A stretch of DNA of 58,149 nucleotides, taken from contig NW_021834931.1 of assembly GCF_006345805.1 (NCBI RefSeq), positions 1 through 58,149 of the forward strand, read 5' to 3'. Position 1 is the stretch's first letter. The number at the start of each line of letters is the position of its first letter. The notes beneath the pieces are model-generated. The model saw nothing but the letters and a program-made list of their open reading frames with translations, made no database searches and was not told the DNA's origin. Below are positions 37,728 to 52,059 of this stretch, piece after piece. The stretch comes from Octopus sinensis. Its lineage: Eukaryota. Position numbers and translations under genes: made by a program.

Positions 37728-38321
37728 AAATATTTTAAATTAAATTATATTTTGACTGTATGCATTATATGAAATAATTAATTTAATCATATTTTTTGAT
37801 TTTAAAAATGTCATTTTTGCTATTTTTCAATAAAATTTTCCGTTTTTTGAATTTGGCATTTTTGAATTTTTATTAGTTTATATAATATATAATTAAAAAT
37901 ATCGAAGATACTTATCCTTTACCATCGGAAACAAAATTTTACAGTTAAGTAAAAGAGATAGTGTATTTCTGTGGAAAAGTAGTTTTCATGATTATTGACG
38001 ATATGAAAATACATAAAACAAAATTTTAGTTTTTCTGACGAGATATATTGGCATTCCTTCAGCGAACTTTTTTGTTAGAACGGATGGAAACGAAAAGTCA
38101 TATTACTAGAAGATAAGAATTTGAAGTGTTAGTTGACTTGCCAGACGAGTCCGCTTCATGCTGGAATACAATGAGAATAAATGTCGAGACATGACGGGTC
38201 AACAATGTAGTTTTCCTAAAAAAAAAGAAATCTCAATCTTAATTAGTAACGTTAATTCTATTTTTTGGTCTTATTAAATTGATTTTTATTAAATCAAGAG
38301 AAAGTAAATGAATGACTAAAT

Positions 38322-40817
38322 CTAAACAAGGTTGTTGTCCACGGTCATTTTCCACCCTTGCTTTAATTCTTCAATAACAGAGTGGTCGTTGAGAGAAGAA
38401 AGGTCTCCAAATTCATTACTCCCACACACGATTTGACGCAGTATCCGTCTTATGATTTTACCCGAACGAGTCTTAGGCATATTGGAAGCATGCTGAACAT
38501 GTTCTGGAGTAGCAAATGGACCAATCGTATTTCTAACTACAACAACAAGTAAAAATACAACCTTCTTGTTTGATTTCTTTTTCAAGTTGAAGAGTAAATT
38601 GAGCGCCCTATAATGTCTTCTAAATGAAATAACCTGATGTAGTGAAACAAAGCAGTAAACACAACTTCCTCTCACTTCATGAGGAGCAATGATTGCTGCA
38701 GCCTCGACGACACTGGGATGTTGTATAACGGCAGATTCGATTTCTATCGTACTCAAGAGATGTCCCGAGACGTTGAGCATATCATCAATTCGTCCTGTAA
38801 TCCAGTAATACCCGTCTTTATCCCGAAAAACTCCTGGGAATATTCAGATTAGACATTACCATCTCCCGTTATATAATAGCCAGGTATTTTGTCAAAATAT
38901 GTCTCTCTAAATCGATCGTAGTCTCTGTAAATATTGCGACAAACGCCCGGCCAGGCTTGTTTGATAGCCTAAATGGAATTAAGTTGTAACTTTACCAAAT
39001 ATCCATCCGCTTCGCCTAAAATCTCGTTTCCGTGTTTGTCCAAAACTGCTGGGACAATTCCAAAAAACGGGAATGCCTGTAAATATTTCCAAACAAAATA
39101 TCTACAGCGGATCCTGGCTTGGTCGTGAAACATGGAAGTGGAGTCAAAACTGGGCCGGACTACAAAAATTACTTTTAATCACTCACTGTCTCTGTCTGCC
39201 AATATGTGTCTACTAGAGCACATCTTGATCTACCAACAACTCGATGATACCACTCCCAAACAATGGGGTTTATTGGTTCTCCAGCTGTACCGATTACTCT
39301 CAGGGACTCTCTTGTGCTTGTTCTATTCATAATAAGAGCAACTAACTCTGTGATGTATTTTTCGTCGTATCCCATTAGTGATCGTATAGCAGTAGGGGCA
39401 GTGTAAAATTGAGTAACTTTATATTTGTCAATTATTCTCCAATATCTGCTTACGTCGGGAAATGTCATGGCCCCTTCATACTATACGGTAAGAAAGAATT
39501 TATTTACCATTACACTCGTGGCACGGTTTAGAAGGGGGCCATAGCAGACGAAACTATGTCCTGTGATCCATCCAAGGTCGGCAGTACACCAAAAAATATC
39601 TTCAGGTCTGTAATCGAAACAAAATTTAAAAGTAGTAGATGCATAGAGCATATAACCACCCACAGTGTGCAGAATTGCTTTAGGAATGCCAGTTGATCCA
39701 CTAATTTATAAATATTTGGAGATTCCTTGTGTGAAGCATAAATAGAGGGTCTTCGGAATCCATCCAAACCGGCTCACAGCTCGTACTTGCGCTTTCCATT
39801 ACCTCGTCCCACGAAATATCCCTTTCTGGGTAGATTTTGTACTAATATTCACAGAATCCAAATTTTGTACGTCAATTGGAAATGGTCTACTTCCAACCTC
39901 CAGTTTGGTCTTATTATTGACGGTTGATGATAAATGTTGTTTCCATATTACCTTTGAAATTAAATATCCCCTAAAAAATAATTTTTGTAACTACTGTTTT
40001 CTACAAATATCAATTCCTTCGTCACATATATTTTTAAGATTGATGAGTTTGTTTCCTCTCCAGAATCCATCTAAATTAAATATTTTAATTATTTTTTAAC
40101 CTGCCGTTATGACGAGTTTGGGTTTGGCTGTAAGAAAGCGAACGGAAAGTGATTTGGATGAAAATCCAGCAAACTAAAACTAGAGACTTCATTAATTACA
40201 ATGATCGAATGTGTAACTCCCAGCCTGGCACAAGCCATCATTGCGATGATCAGCTCAGGAATCACAGGCATATAAATTGAAACCGTGTCATGCTGTTTGA
40301 CATCTAAAGGAATATAAATATATTCAAGGTGTGGCAATGTTGCACATAAAACCACAAATTGAAAATTGCATATTGCCTACCATTGTTCTTGAGCACATTT
40401 GCAAGTTGGCAGACTTTTTGATAAAGTTCAAAATACGTAAGACTAGATGTGTCATTTATGTCGTTCCCTTCCCTGAACAATGCGTATTAGGTATAACCAA
40501 TAATATGCAATTTGATCCCCATATCCTTCTATTATATGCTTATCCAAACAATTAAAAGATATGTTTGTCTGTGCTCCTTTGAACCATTCAATAAAAATTG
40601 GCCCATTCTTCACGTCGAAATTCCATTCAACTTTTTTATTATCTTCCAGAGATTTCCAATGGAATTGTTCTGCAATCCGCCCCCAAAAAATTTCTGGATG
40701 AGAAATGGATTCTGTGTACATTTTCTGATACTCTTCTATTTCAGATATGTGACTCTTGTTTCTCACTCGTTCTCCGGGGGAATACCAGTCTTGATTTGTG
40801 TGTACTTTGTTTAACAT
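38322..40817 (-). CDS. ACSS2: Acetyl-CoA synthetase, cytosolic type
   Basis: [35 protein letters not shown]|[31 protein letters not shown]; no obvious mitochondrial presequence; many short introns. Confidence 0.95.
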
Positions 40818-41408
40818 TTATTCCTGAACAATTTCTGATTGTATTTCTTTCAAAAAATTCGTTAATCTGTAAGATGAACTTAAGCAAATAAATAAATTGA
40901 ATACGCATGGACCACAAAATAACCTCAAATTAAGTGTTAGGTTTATTGTAATAAAAGAATGACCGATTAGATGTTAAAATTTAATAAGAGGTGATCTTTG
41001 TGTAGAGATCGGTTTTTTTATTCCTGTCGTATTAATTCGCAATTAATAATTTATAAAATCAAAAATATCTTTCCAAAAAAATAAATTTCATAGGAATTAA
41101 TTAAGATATTTTCTATTGACATGAGATTTCAATTATCTTGATGTTTATTTCATTTATTTGGTTAAAAATAAAAAAATATAATTAAGAACATATTAAGTTG
41201 AAGTCAATTTAATGCACAATTGAAATAACCCGCAATTTAAAATGTCCACAGTGTGTATATTGATAACCAGACAAAGATCCATTTTCCCCTCTCTGTCTGG
41301 TTCTAAAACATCCAACAAAACCATTCTCCAATAGAACTCCCACTATCCCAACCCAGTTACATGTCATGTATTATAATCTCTTGACTAAATACTGATCATT
41401 ATCTAACA

Positions 41409-42899
41409 CAGTGGTTCTCAACCTGGGGTCCGCGAAAGATTCCAGGGGGTCCGCGAGATTTTTCTGAAACTTTATTTAAATGTTTCTATTTAATGATAAC
41501 AATTTTAAATTAATATATAATAGAATTAAATCATAATTAATAATATCTCTTTTAGATATATTATAAATTAATATATTTTAATATTCAATAATACTGAGGA
41601 GGCTAAATTACTTTAAAGCTGAATGTAACTCAAATATTTATTTTTTGGTAAAAGTTAATAAAATTTTTAAGCACGCTATTGATATGAATTCCTCGAATGT
41701 TATTAAGATACGCAAATATAATCCTGATTATATAAAATATGGGTTTATTTGTATTGATAAAGATGGATTTGAAAGCCCAAAATGTGTTTTGTGCATGAAA
41801 ATTCTGTCACACAATAGCATGAAACCAACATCTCTTGTGAGACACTTGCGCACATGTCATCCCCATCTAATCCACAAAAATAAGGATTATTTTATTCTTT
41901 GCGTAAAATGATGAAAAATCAAGTATTGACTCGTTTCATACAAACTTTGCCTTCTGATAATTCCATGCTATTAGCATCTTACATGATCTCATTACGTATA
42001 GCGAAAGAAAAGAAACCTCATAATATTGCCGAAAAACTGATTCTTCCTTGTTGTAAAGACATAGTACGTACTCTTATTGGCACTCATGCTGAAAATATGA
42101 TTTCGGAAATACCATTATCGAATGATACTGTTCATCGACGAATTTCTGAAATGTCAGAAAATATTAAGTGTCAGGTTATTGATATTATATTATTTATTTC
42201 AGGTGGTAGAACAAATAAAAACTTCATGCCATCAAAATTTCGCTAAATAATTTTACTATGTTTGAATCTTTTGAAGAACAATCTGTAAATATAGATGCAT
42301 TTGAAATCAAAAAAATAACCGAACTTATTTATGCACATTTAACATATCTTCAACAAGAAGTAAATAAATACTTTCCAGAATTGAACGAAATTGATTTGAA
42401 ATTCATTCGTACACCATTCAGTGTTGATCCACGTTTGGTCGATGAAAATATCGAAGAGGCTTTTATTGACATGATCAATAATTCAAACGCAAAAGATTTG
42501 TATGAAAAACTTGCTTTATCAAGATTTTGGTGCGAAATGTGTAAGCATTATCCTTCCGTAAGCGCAAATGCATTAAATTTGTTGCTTATTTCCCGACAAC
42601 ATATTTATGCGAACATGGCTTCTCAGCACTTCTCAATATAAAAAATAATCATCGCACAAGACTGAATATTGAAGATGACATCAGGGTTTGCTTGTCGACA
42701 ACCGAGCCTCTTATTGAAAAATTGCCTCGAAAAAACAATATCAACCTTCTCACTAATTTTCTCTATTGATTTAATAATAAATTTTGTTTTTAGATAAGTA
42801 AAATTTTTTTGACAAAAAACTTAATAAATATATAGGGGGTCCGCGAAATTTTTCATTTACTCACAAGGGGTCCGCGGACAAAAAGGTTGAGAACCACTG
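41409..42899 (+). mobile_element. hAT transposon (ZBED5/ZBED8 Buster-like), internally deleted
   Basis: TIR CAGTGGTTCTCAACCT; 8-bp TSD ATCTAACA; YIKYGF..PKCVLC..SMKP..L.RHLRTCH and KPHNIAEKLILP. Confidence 0.93.
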
Positions 42900-42909
42900 A
42901 TCTAACACT

Positions 42910-43440
42910 ATCATCAGTTTATTTATTTACCCCCGGGCCCTTCAATTGAAGGAAACCGGTGGGTAACATGAACGAGATTATCAATGTCGGACGCTCCCAA
43001 AGATCCCCGATCGCAATCCGGTGTTTTGAGGAAGCAGAAGGTGGGTCTGGACACGAGAAAAGGTCACTAAGAGAGTGGGAATCCGTGGATTCGGCAAGGC
43101 CTATTCTTCGACAATAATTGCGTAGCCCAATATGATGGCCACAGCGGAGAAGGGCCAAGTTCACTCGGGCTTCTCTCGAGAGGGAGGATTCTTTGTTGTC
43201 TATCGGTGGCGGAATGCGTCCCAGAAGCTTGTTTATTCCAAGACATCTGATTGCCTTCGTAGCTACCAAGTCGTGAATTCTCTTCTGGTTAAATGGTTTA
43301 AGCATGCGGATTTTGTCCGCGAGGGTCGGAATTATTTTCCTGTTATTAGAGGAGTGCCAAAGAAAGTAGGCGGAGTGATTTGGCGTTCGGCATTTGTCAA
43401 TAATTTATTGTTATATATTTTAGCTCCAACTATTTTTATA
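42910..43440 (-). mobile_element. I/Jockey-group LINE 3' fragment with (TAAA)n-like tail
   Basis: LRCGHHIGLRNY..DLFSCP..DLWERP, homologous to the C-terminus of the 28452-29717 element. Confidence 0.8.
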
Positions 43441-43480
43441 ATGAAACCTTTGAAATTGATGATTTGAAACTAATTAGAAT

Positions 43481-43742
43481 ACAACAATTCCGGGATCTTC
43501 GGTCCCAGACACTCCGTTCCTTCGCTCGCTCGGTCGACGGATTTCAAGGACTAGTCACGATCCAAGAGAGTTTTCTTGGCTCCTGGAACGTCTGTCGATT
43601 GCTGTGATCCGAGGGAACGTCTTCGCCATTCGCGCGGCTGGTCGGGTGTCTCGTGAGGCCTTTAACTAACTTAGCTATCTGTAATTTTTGTCTTGTTTTA
43701 TTTCTATAAAAAAAAAAAATTAAAAAAAAAAAAAAAAAAAAA
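43481..43742 (+). mobile_element. Young 5'-truncated CRE-like insertion with poly(A) tail
   Basis: SGIFGP..LGRRISRTSHDPREFSWLLERLSIAVIRGNVFAI; long A tail; TSD AATTAGAAT at 43472 and 43743. Confidence 0.92.
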
Positions 43743-43957
43743 AATTAGAATTTTGAATTAAAGTAAAGTTTGAACAAATAATGCTTAATTATTTTTTTTC
43801 TTGGAATAAATTCATTTGGCTAAAAAAATTAAAAAATAATCGAAGAAAATATTAAGTTAAAGTCAAATATACAATTAAAATAACAGAAAATTTGAAATGT
43901 CCACAGTAACTTAAATTTACAAAATATGACACTTTTATTTAATAGAATCAATTTTAT

Positions 43958-45642
<1,685 letters not shown>

Positions 45643-46134
45643 TTTCAGAATCTACATAATAAAAAATTTTAATCATACAAATCTAGTTCAATTATTATGT
45701 TGCGAAGGAAACATAACGTGAATTAAGTAATTTATATATTTTCATTAAAACTAAATTAAATTTATTAATTATAAGGAATCTAGAGTTAAATAAAATTTTA
45801 ATGTATTTACAATTTTATTGATTTATCTAAATTTTGTAGAATCCACAGTTCGATTGAAGGCTAACAATTCATGTCAATACGAAAATTAATTATTAATTTT
45901 TTAATAAGTTATTAAAAATTAATTTTAAAATTTGTAAAATTGAACTTTTGTGACTTTGAAATTTATTTGGTAGTTTTCATTTTCATAAAATCGACTTGAA
46001 ACCTCGTATGAAATAATTATTGAATGTGGGGAATTGGTTCTCTTGAGAATTAATTTATAATTTATTTAATATAAGAGATTCTTTTATATTTATAAATGAA
46101 TAAGATATAAAATTTGCATAAATCTATTTGTAGC

Positions 46135-46806
46135 ATGGGTAATAAGCAAAGCGTTATTTCTGAAGAAAAAATGAATGATTATACGGTTTTTTTAAGCTTG
46201 ATTTTTAGAGTCTTACATACCTCACTGAATTTGAAATACTCCGTCTACATGAAAAGTTTCATAAAAACAGAATAAATGATAACCCAAAAGAATTGAAAAT
46301 TTCATACGAAGAATTTTCCCTTTTCCCGGAATTTGAAGTTACATAAATTATATTTTAAATAGAATAATCCATTCGTCAAAAGAATTTTTTCACTAATTAC
46401 GGGAAATAATAAATTTATGGATTTTGAAGACTTTATCAATCTTTATTCTATACTTTCCCCACGGAGCTCTACAAAACTTAAAGCATCTTTTGTATTTTCT
46501 TTGAACGGTTTATATAACTTAAATATATTTCAAGATTTTGACGAGGATAAATTAATTGGAAGAGACGATATTAGTGAAACAATTAATCTACTTTTTGGAA
46601 AATTTGTATCTAAAATTCAAAAAAATGAGATTATAGACAAAGTTATTATTTTTCGTGTTATATTTTAGGTACTAGGTGAATTAGATATGGACAAAAATGG
46701 AAATATAAATTTAGAAGAATTTCACATGGGAATGGAAAAAATTTCGAGCTTTAAAAAGTTTATTCATTTATTTAAAATATTTAGTGCGTATACTTTATTC
46801 CCTTAA
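46135..46806 (+). CDS. CIB2: Calcium- and integrin-binding (CIB2/3-like) EF-hand protein
   Basis: MGNKQSVISEEKMNDYT|SLTYLTEFEILRLHEKF myristoylation-type N-terminus; EF-hands DFDEDKLIGRDD and DMDKNGNINLEEF; paralog assignment uncertain. Confidence 0.85.
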
Positions 46807-46859
46807 TCTTATTTAAATAATAAACCGTTTGATTACCTTAAGATATCTTAACTGTTTTT

Positions 46860-48600
46860 TTAAATTATTCATTTATTATGACAATGAGTCCACTCCCACG
46901 GGTAGGAATCTTTCTTACGGAAGTGGTTTTTTAAGAAGCCTAAAAGGTTTCTCAAATATCGTTTAAGTAGAATTTAAGTCTACCAGAGGAAAATCAAATT
47001 TTTAATCAACTTTTGTAAAATTATAAAGCTTTACTGCATGTTTCAGGAATGTCTCTGGCTCTATTGATTTATCAATATTATGTACACTTTCAGGTTTTAT
47101 TTGTTACAGAATTTTTCTCAATGGTGTTGTAGTCGCTACGTTTAGACAAGTCCCCTGATTCTGTTGATCGACTTCAATTTCTATATTTTATAAGTTCTAT
47201 TACAGATAATATCACATGTAAGAGGCGGAACTACGCGGAGTCGGAACTCGAATTGTTATTTTTAATAAACAGGTTACAATAGTTTTTGTTGGACTATCAA
47301 AAGAAATGCTTTCAAAAATAAAGATTTATAAAGATTCCGCCTGTTTAGACGACAGACTGTAAAAAAAGAACGTATTTATTTTGTTTTTCCAGCTGACCAC
47401 TATTATTATTTAAAAAATAAATAATATTATTAAAAATAACATGTATTAATCTTAATACGACAAAATAAATATAATAGGTTCCTATACTAAACTTTTTTAC
47501 AGATACTAAATTTTTTTAAAAACTCAACCGATTTGCTCTAAAATTGCGGCTATGCGGGCCTCGTCCGAGAAGTAACCAACAAATTCTTAGTTGTATTTTG
47601 TTTAAAATCAAAAAATCAGTATTTTTTAATTTAGATAATCTTAATATGTGTATATTTTTGAGTTCTTCCTGAATTTCCTCATCTTTGAATGTATAGAAAT
47701 TGGCATTATTTCTGTGACGGTTCATGTTTTTGAAGATATTCCATCATATAATGAGAACTTTCTTTTATTTGCATCGATGTCGTTTCCTAGTATTACTGAA
47801 TCTTCCACATTGATGTCTTCTTCGTAAAATTTCCATCTTCTTCTTTTGGTCATTTTTTCTCCCGCTTTTTTGAGATTTTCAATGACTTAATAATCTCCGC
47901 GTTTTCATCATCCCCTCAAATTTATCAAGCGCTTCAATTTGATCCGCACTTTTCATAATGTTCAACTTTCATAAAAACTTCAAAAGGTTTATGTCGAGTT
48001 TTCTCATTTACGGCCATTTTATAGTCATAAACATTTTTTCAGGATTTTAAGATAATGTCAGAAGAGATTGTTTGATTCGCTATAGAATGATATCCATCTC
48101 TTTGTGGATTGGTTAAATCTTTAAAATTAAATAATTCCTAGGAGATTGCGGCCGACCAAAAAATAACATAGTTGATTTTGAAAAGTTTACACATATCATC
48201 CAAATAATAGTTTTAAACTCTGTTCCATTGACAGTGTGCAATATAATCGGCGGCCCAATTACACGGAAAATCCCCTTTAAGATATCTGAAGGTACTTGTG
48301 CATTTCATCCTGCACGAAAATAGATTCATAAAAAATTTCATTAATTCATTTAGAGGCTATTTCGTGCAGGATGAAATGCACAAGTACCTATCTGAAATTT
48401 CGATTTAGATTTGGCAGTTTCAACCACAGAAAATTTTGAGAAAGGGTCAATAAGTACGACAAACTTTCTATAAATATATTGAAAACCAAACTCATGAGAA
48501 CGAATCGTATATTTCCGAGTATCTTTGTAAATCCACAAAATCGACAATAGATCTGTCGCGTGGTGCGTAAGCAATTATAGGTGTTTTAAACAGAAAGAAT
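46860..48600 (-). mobile_element. Cluster of Ginger2-like integrase remnants
   Basis: Minus strand VVLIDPFSKF, IFRVIGPPIILHTVNGTEF, GRPQSP, KPFEVF and C-terminal fragments; a plus-strand left end TGTAAGAGGCGGAAC at 47217. Confidence 0.75.
48291..48388. mobile_element. 98-bp Merlin family A MITE
   Basis: TIRs GGTACTTGTGCATTTCATCCTGCACGAAA, close to the 7718 element; 8-bp TSD TATCTGAA; inserted in a Ginger integrase remnant. Confidence 0.93.
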
Positions 48601-50049
48601 CCTTATAAATCTTTTTTGAAACCATTTCTTTTGATAATCAAAATAATTAATTATTTTTAATCAAATTAATTAACGAATTATGATTTTTTCAATGAAAATT
48701 AAAACAGATCATTTCGACGTGTAGAGGAAATTTTTTTTGAAAAGAAAAGTCTCGAAATATAATTTTGTCGCAAAATTCAAAAATGAGCGAGAGTATTTCA
48801 GAAAAGATGTAAACTAAATTGTATCCCACTTTTTTGTGAACATTTATATTCGGAATTGTAACTGAAGAGTCTTTGAAGCTTTTGACCTGGATAATTATAC
48901 CGATTAATTAGAACTCATCAAATGAAAAATCTGAACTGGGTTTAATTAAATTTATTCCAAGAAAAATATTAATTATATATTATTCGGTCAAACTTTGAGA
49001 TCAATTTGTAGTTCTAGGTGAGATGGACAAATTATGTTATTCGTTAGTGTTGGTAGGCAATTGTTGCAAACTATTATTAAAAAACAGTTTTTTACTATAT
49101 GATTCTAAAATTTTTATTTTTGAATTAGACAGCCTAACAGTATGTTTTTTAAAAAGTATCATTGTCCGGTTTAAAGACACTAAGCTAAAATAAAATAATA
49201 AATTAAAACAAACCTAATCGGTTGTGCAGTATTTTCGAAGAGACAGAGATGTTGATCAGAAAACATATAAATTCTCAAAAAATTTCTTAAATATTTTTAT
49301 TTTACACAGGTTCTCACTTTTTAAAATTGAACGGAATAAAGATCAATTTTTTTGGCATATGTCTAAAAATCAAATTAATTATTTTGGTAAAACATTAATG
49401 TAACAGGAACGTCAGAAAAAGTATTGATATTGATGTATTTCAACTTTGAGCAGTTATACAGATTTCAATAAAATATAAATAAACAATATACATTTTCCAT
49501 AATGATTTGAGTTTTTTAAATGAATCGTCAACTAGTTTTTGTAAAGAGTGTCCATGGCATACACTATTATAATTTCCAAATTTTACAATATTTTAAGAGA
49601 AATCAAATTTGTAAATCTTGCATTTTCTGTAAATGTGACACCATTCAAAATTCGGATTATGTTCAATTTGTCATTTTTAAGAGTTTCATTATAGAAACAG
49701 TTAGATAACATTTTATTATGAGACACATCACAATCCAACTTGGCGATGAAAAAATGAAATAAGACTATGACTATGAAGATATGAATTTTAATCATTAAAA
49801 AAATTAGAACGTATTATTTTTATTTAAAATAAATTAATTTAATTAAATCTAAAATAAGTAAAACAAATTTATTTTATTTAAAGAGGAGGCGGCCAAAATG
49901 AAATTATATTTTATACGCTTATACTGAAAATTTATCTGTGACATGGGCAACTTGTTACTGTGGCAACTACTTGTCAAATTAATATTATGAGCTTTAAATA
50001 GACATATAGACATTTAATTGTTATTTTTTAACGGGTCATAAAACCGCTT

Positions 50050-50730
50050 TTTTCTCAGCACTTGGAAATTTGACATAAACCCTGAATTTTGAACTATATT
50101 TTTACGCGTGAATCGAACAACATTTTGGCTATCTTGGAAGTATCGGAATACTTGGATTTGAATTTATCTAACATTAAAACTGAATTTGTCCCGTAATACT
50201 TTCGATCATCAGCGACAGATTTGTTTTAGAATTCCTTGATAACGCTTGAATGGAGTCTCATTTGAAAATGAATGCATCTTTGAATTGTATCAATAGAGTG
50301 AATATTCGATAATTGAGACTCATTCATTTTCATTTGGATACTTCAACTTCGATAATGATTTTGTAATCGTTTGATTAAAGCGTTGAACTAATCCATTAAA
50401 AATAATTTATTATTTTATAAAATAACCTATGATCTAGGATTATTAGGTTTGCCGTGGATCTGTTGAAATTAGAACTTCTCGCAGAGAACCAGAATGTCGG
50501 TATTTTTGAATTTTGTCCTATTGTCGATTGCAGAATCTGACAGAAAGGGACTCGAGATTTTTTGAAACGTCGACTCCTGACTTATTCATTAGTGACCTAG
50601 CAAAAGCAAAAGTCAGATAATTTGTCGCGAACGATCGAGCGATGATGATAGGTGATTTAACAGGTTCAACAACTTTAGTGATAAATTGTAAATTACTCTT
50701 TGGTTGTAGAGAATTACCAATTGCTTCCAT
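50050..50730 (-). mobile_element. Degenerate retroviral-type integrase core (Ginger or gypsy-like)
   Basis: RSFATNYLTFAFARSLMNKSGVDV..NGLVQRFNQTITKSL..YNSKMHSFSNETPF. Confidence 0.6.
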
Positions 50731-50822
50731 TCGCAGTTGAAAGTCCGGTTTCTTGAGAGGAAAGGAAATCAGCTTCGTTTAGGAGATCGGGTCTCGGATG
50801 CCTACATTCACAGGCGAGATGG
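50728..50822 (+). mobile_element. CRE-like fragment
   Basis: Shares AATCAGCTTCGTT(T/C)AGGAGATCGGGTC with the minus-strand copy near 800-900. Confidence 0.7.
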
Positions 50823-50869
50823 TTTTTTGCGCGTATGTCGATAATGATATATTGGCATTTAATTTTAAA

Positions 50870-51500
50870 GAGAAAATCTGAAAGGTTGCCTCATCATACG
50901 TTTTGAAGACATTCACGTTGTTCATTTTGACCAAAATGCAAAAAATTATTTTTTGGCGGGAAGATTTTAAGGACCTCATCATGTGAGTCGACGACATGCT
51001 TGTTGTTCATTTTAACCAAAATAGAAAAAAATGTTTTTTAATTTGTGTTGGTGGGAAGGTTTTAAGGACCTCATTGTGTGAGTCGGGAAATTGTAGTTGT
51101 TTATTTTAACCAAAATGCAAAAAATTATTTTTGGCGGGAAGATTTTAAGGACCTCATCATGTGAGTCGACGACATGCTTGTTGTTCATTTTAACCAAAAT
51201 AGAAAAAAATGTTTTTAATTTTGTTGGTGGGAAGGTTTTAAGGACCTCATTGTGTGAGTCGGGACATTGTAGTTGTTTATTTTAACCAAAATCCAGGAAA
51301 TATATTTTTTATTTTTTTGCGAGAAGGTTTTAAGGACCTCATAATTGAGGATATTCTTGATATGTTAGTTTTTTAGGTGGAAGATTTTTGGCGAACCTCA
51401 TCATTTTGGGGGAAAAGGATTTTGACAATTTATCTGTATTTTGCCAATTTGAAGTATGCGCACACACAGACACATACAACATACCATTTTATTAATAAGT
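50870..51500. repeat. Tandem 83-95 bp monomers in a ~177-bp dimer, possibly inside a Helentron/DINE-like non-autonomous element
   Basis: GGACCTCA core at 50971, 51066, 51149, 51242, 51334 and a degenerate copy near 51391; ends with a CA-rich tract then TTTTATTAATAAG. Confidence 0.7.
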
Positions 51501-51589
51501 TTACATCAATTTTTGCTGGCGTACAATAATTTTTGACCATACAAACAATAAATTATCTCACTAATCACGTTGTTCTAATGCAAATAAGT

Positions 51590-51940
51590 TATCATAAAAA
51601 ATACTGAAAAGTACAACATAATAAAATTCATCCTCGAAAGACAAAAACTGAATATAGCTTCTCAGAAGTATAAACTAAAAAAAGAAGGATGAAAAATTTA
51701 TTTTAAAAGACGGAAAGTTCTATTTTCAAGATTCTTTATTTAATCACAGGCTTGTTATTGCCTCAACAAACACTCAGAAGATACAAACAACTGCAGATGA
51801 GATCTGCGACGCTAACCATGGTAGAAAAAATGTATTAGAAGTGTGGAAAATGATCTTATTATTGTAAAAGAGATGTTATTGGTCAGGTGATAAGAGACTG
51901 CGATATATACAGGTCTACCGTTCCACTGAACAAAGAATCC
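51590..51940 (+). mobile_element. Possible Ginger-like N-terminal remnant
   Basis: Broken frames ending KRDVIGQVIRDCDIY resemble the H2C2 region. Confidence 0.3.
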
Positions 51941-52059
51941 TCAGAGTCAGAGGATAATTCAAATTGGCGGCTTCGGAGGATAAAAAAGAGTGGATAAAAC
52001 ACATTTAAATGGCTATGTTTTTGTACAATTAAAGAGCTCATTTATTCACATGCAGGGAA

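Noticed and set aside
43708-43744. Long A run as an assembly artefact
   Set aside because: It follows a CRE 3' end and is bounded by a TSD, so it is a retrotransposon tail.
49583-49795. Secreted peptide gene
   Set aside because: The hydrophobic start is expected by chance in AT-rich DNA; no supporting splice structure or motif.
50870-51410. CRISPR-like array
   Set aside because: The intervening sequences are themselves repeats of each other, there are no cas genes, and the context is an intron-rich eukaryote.
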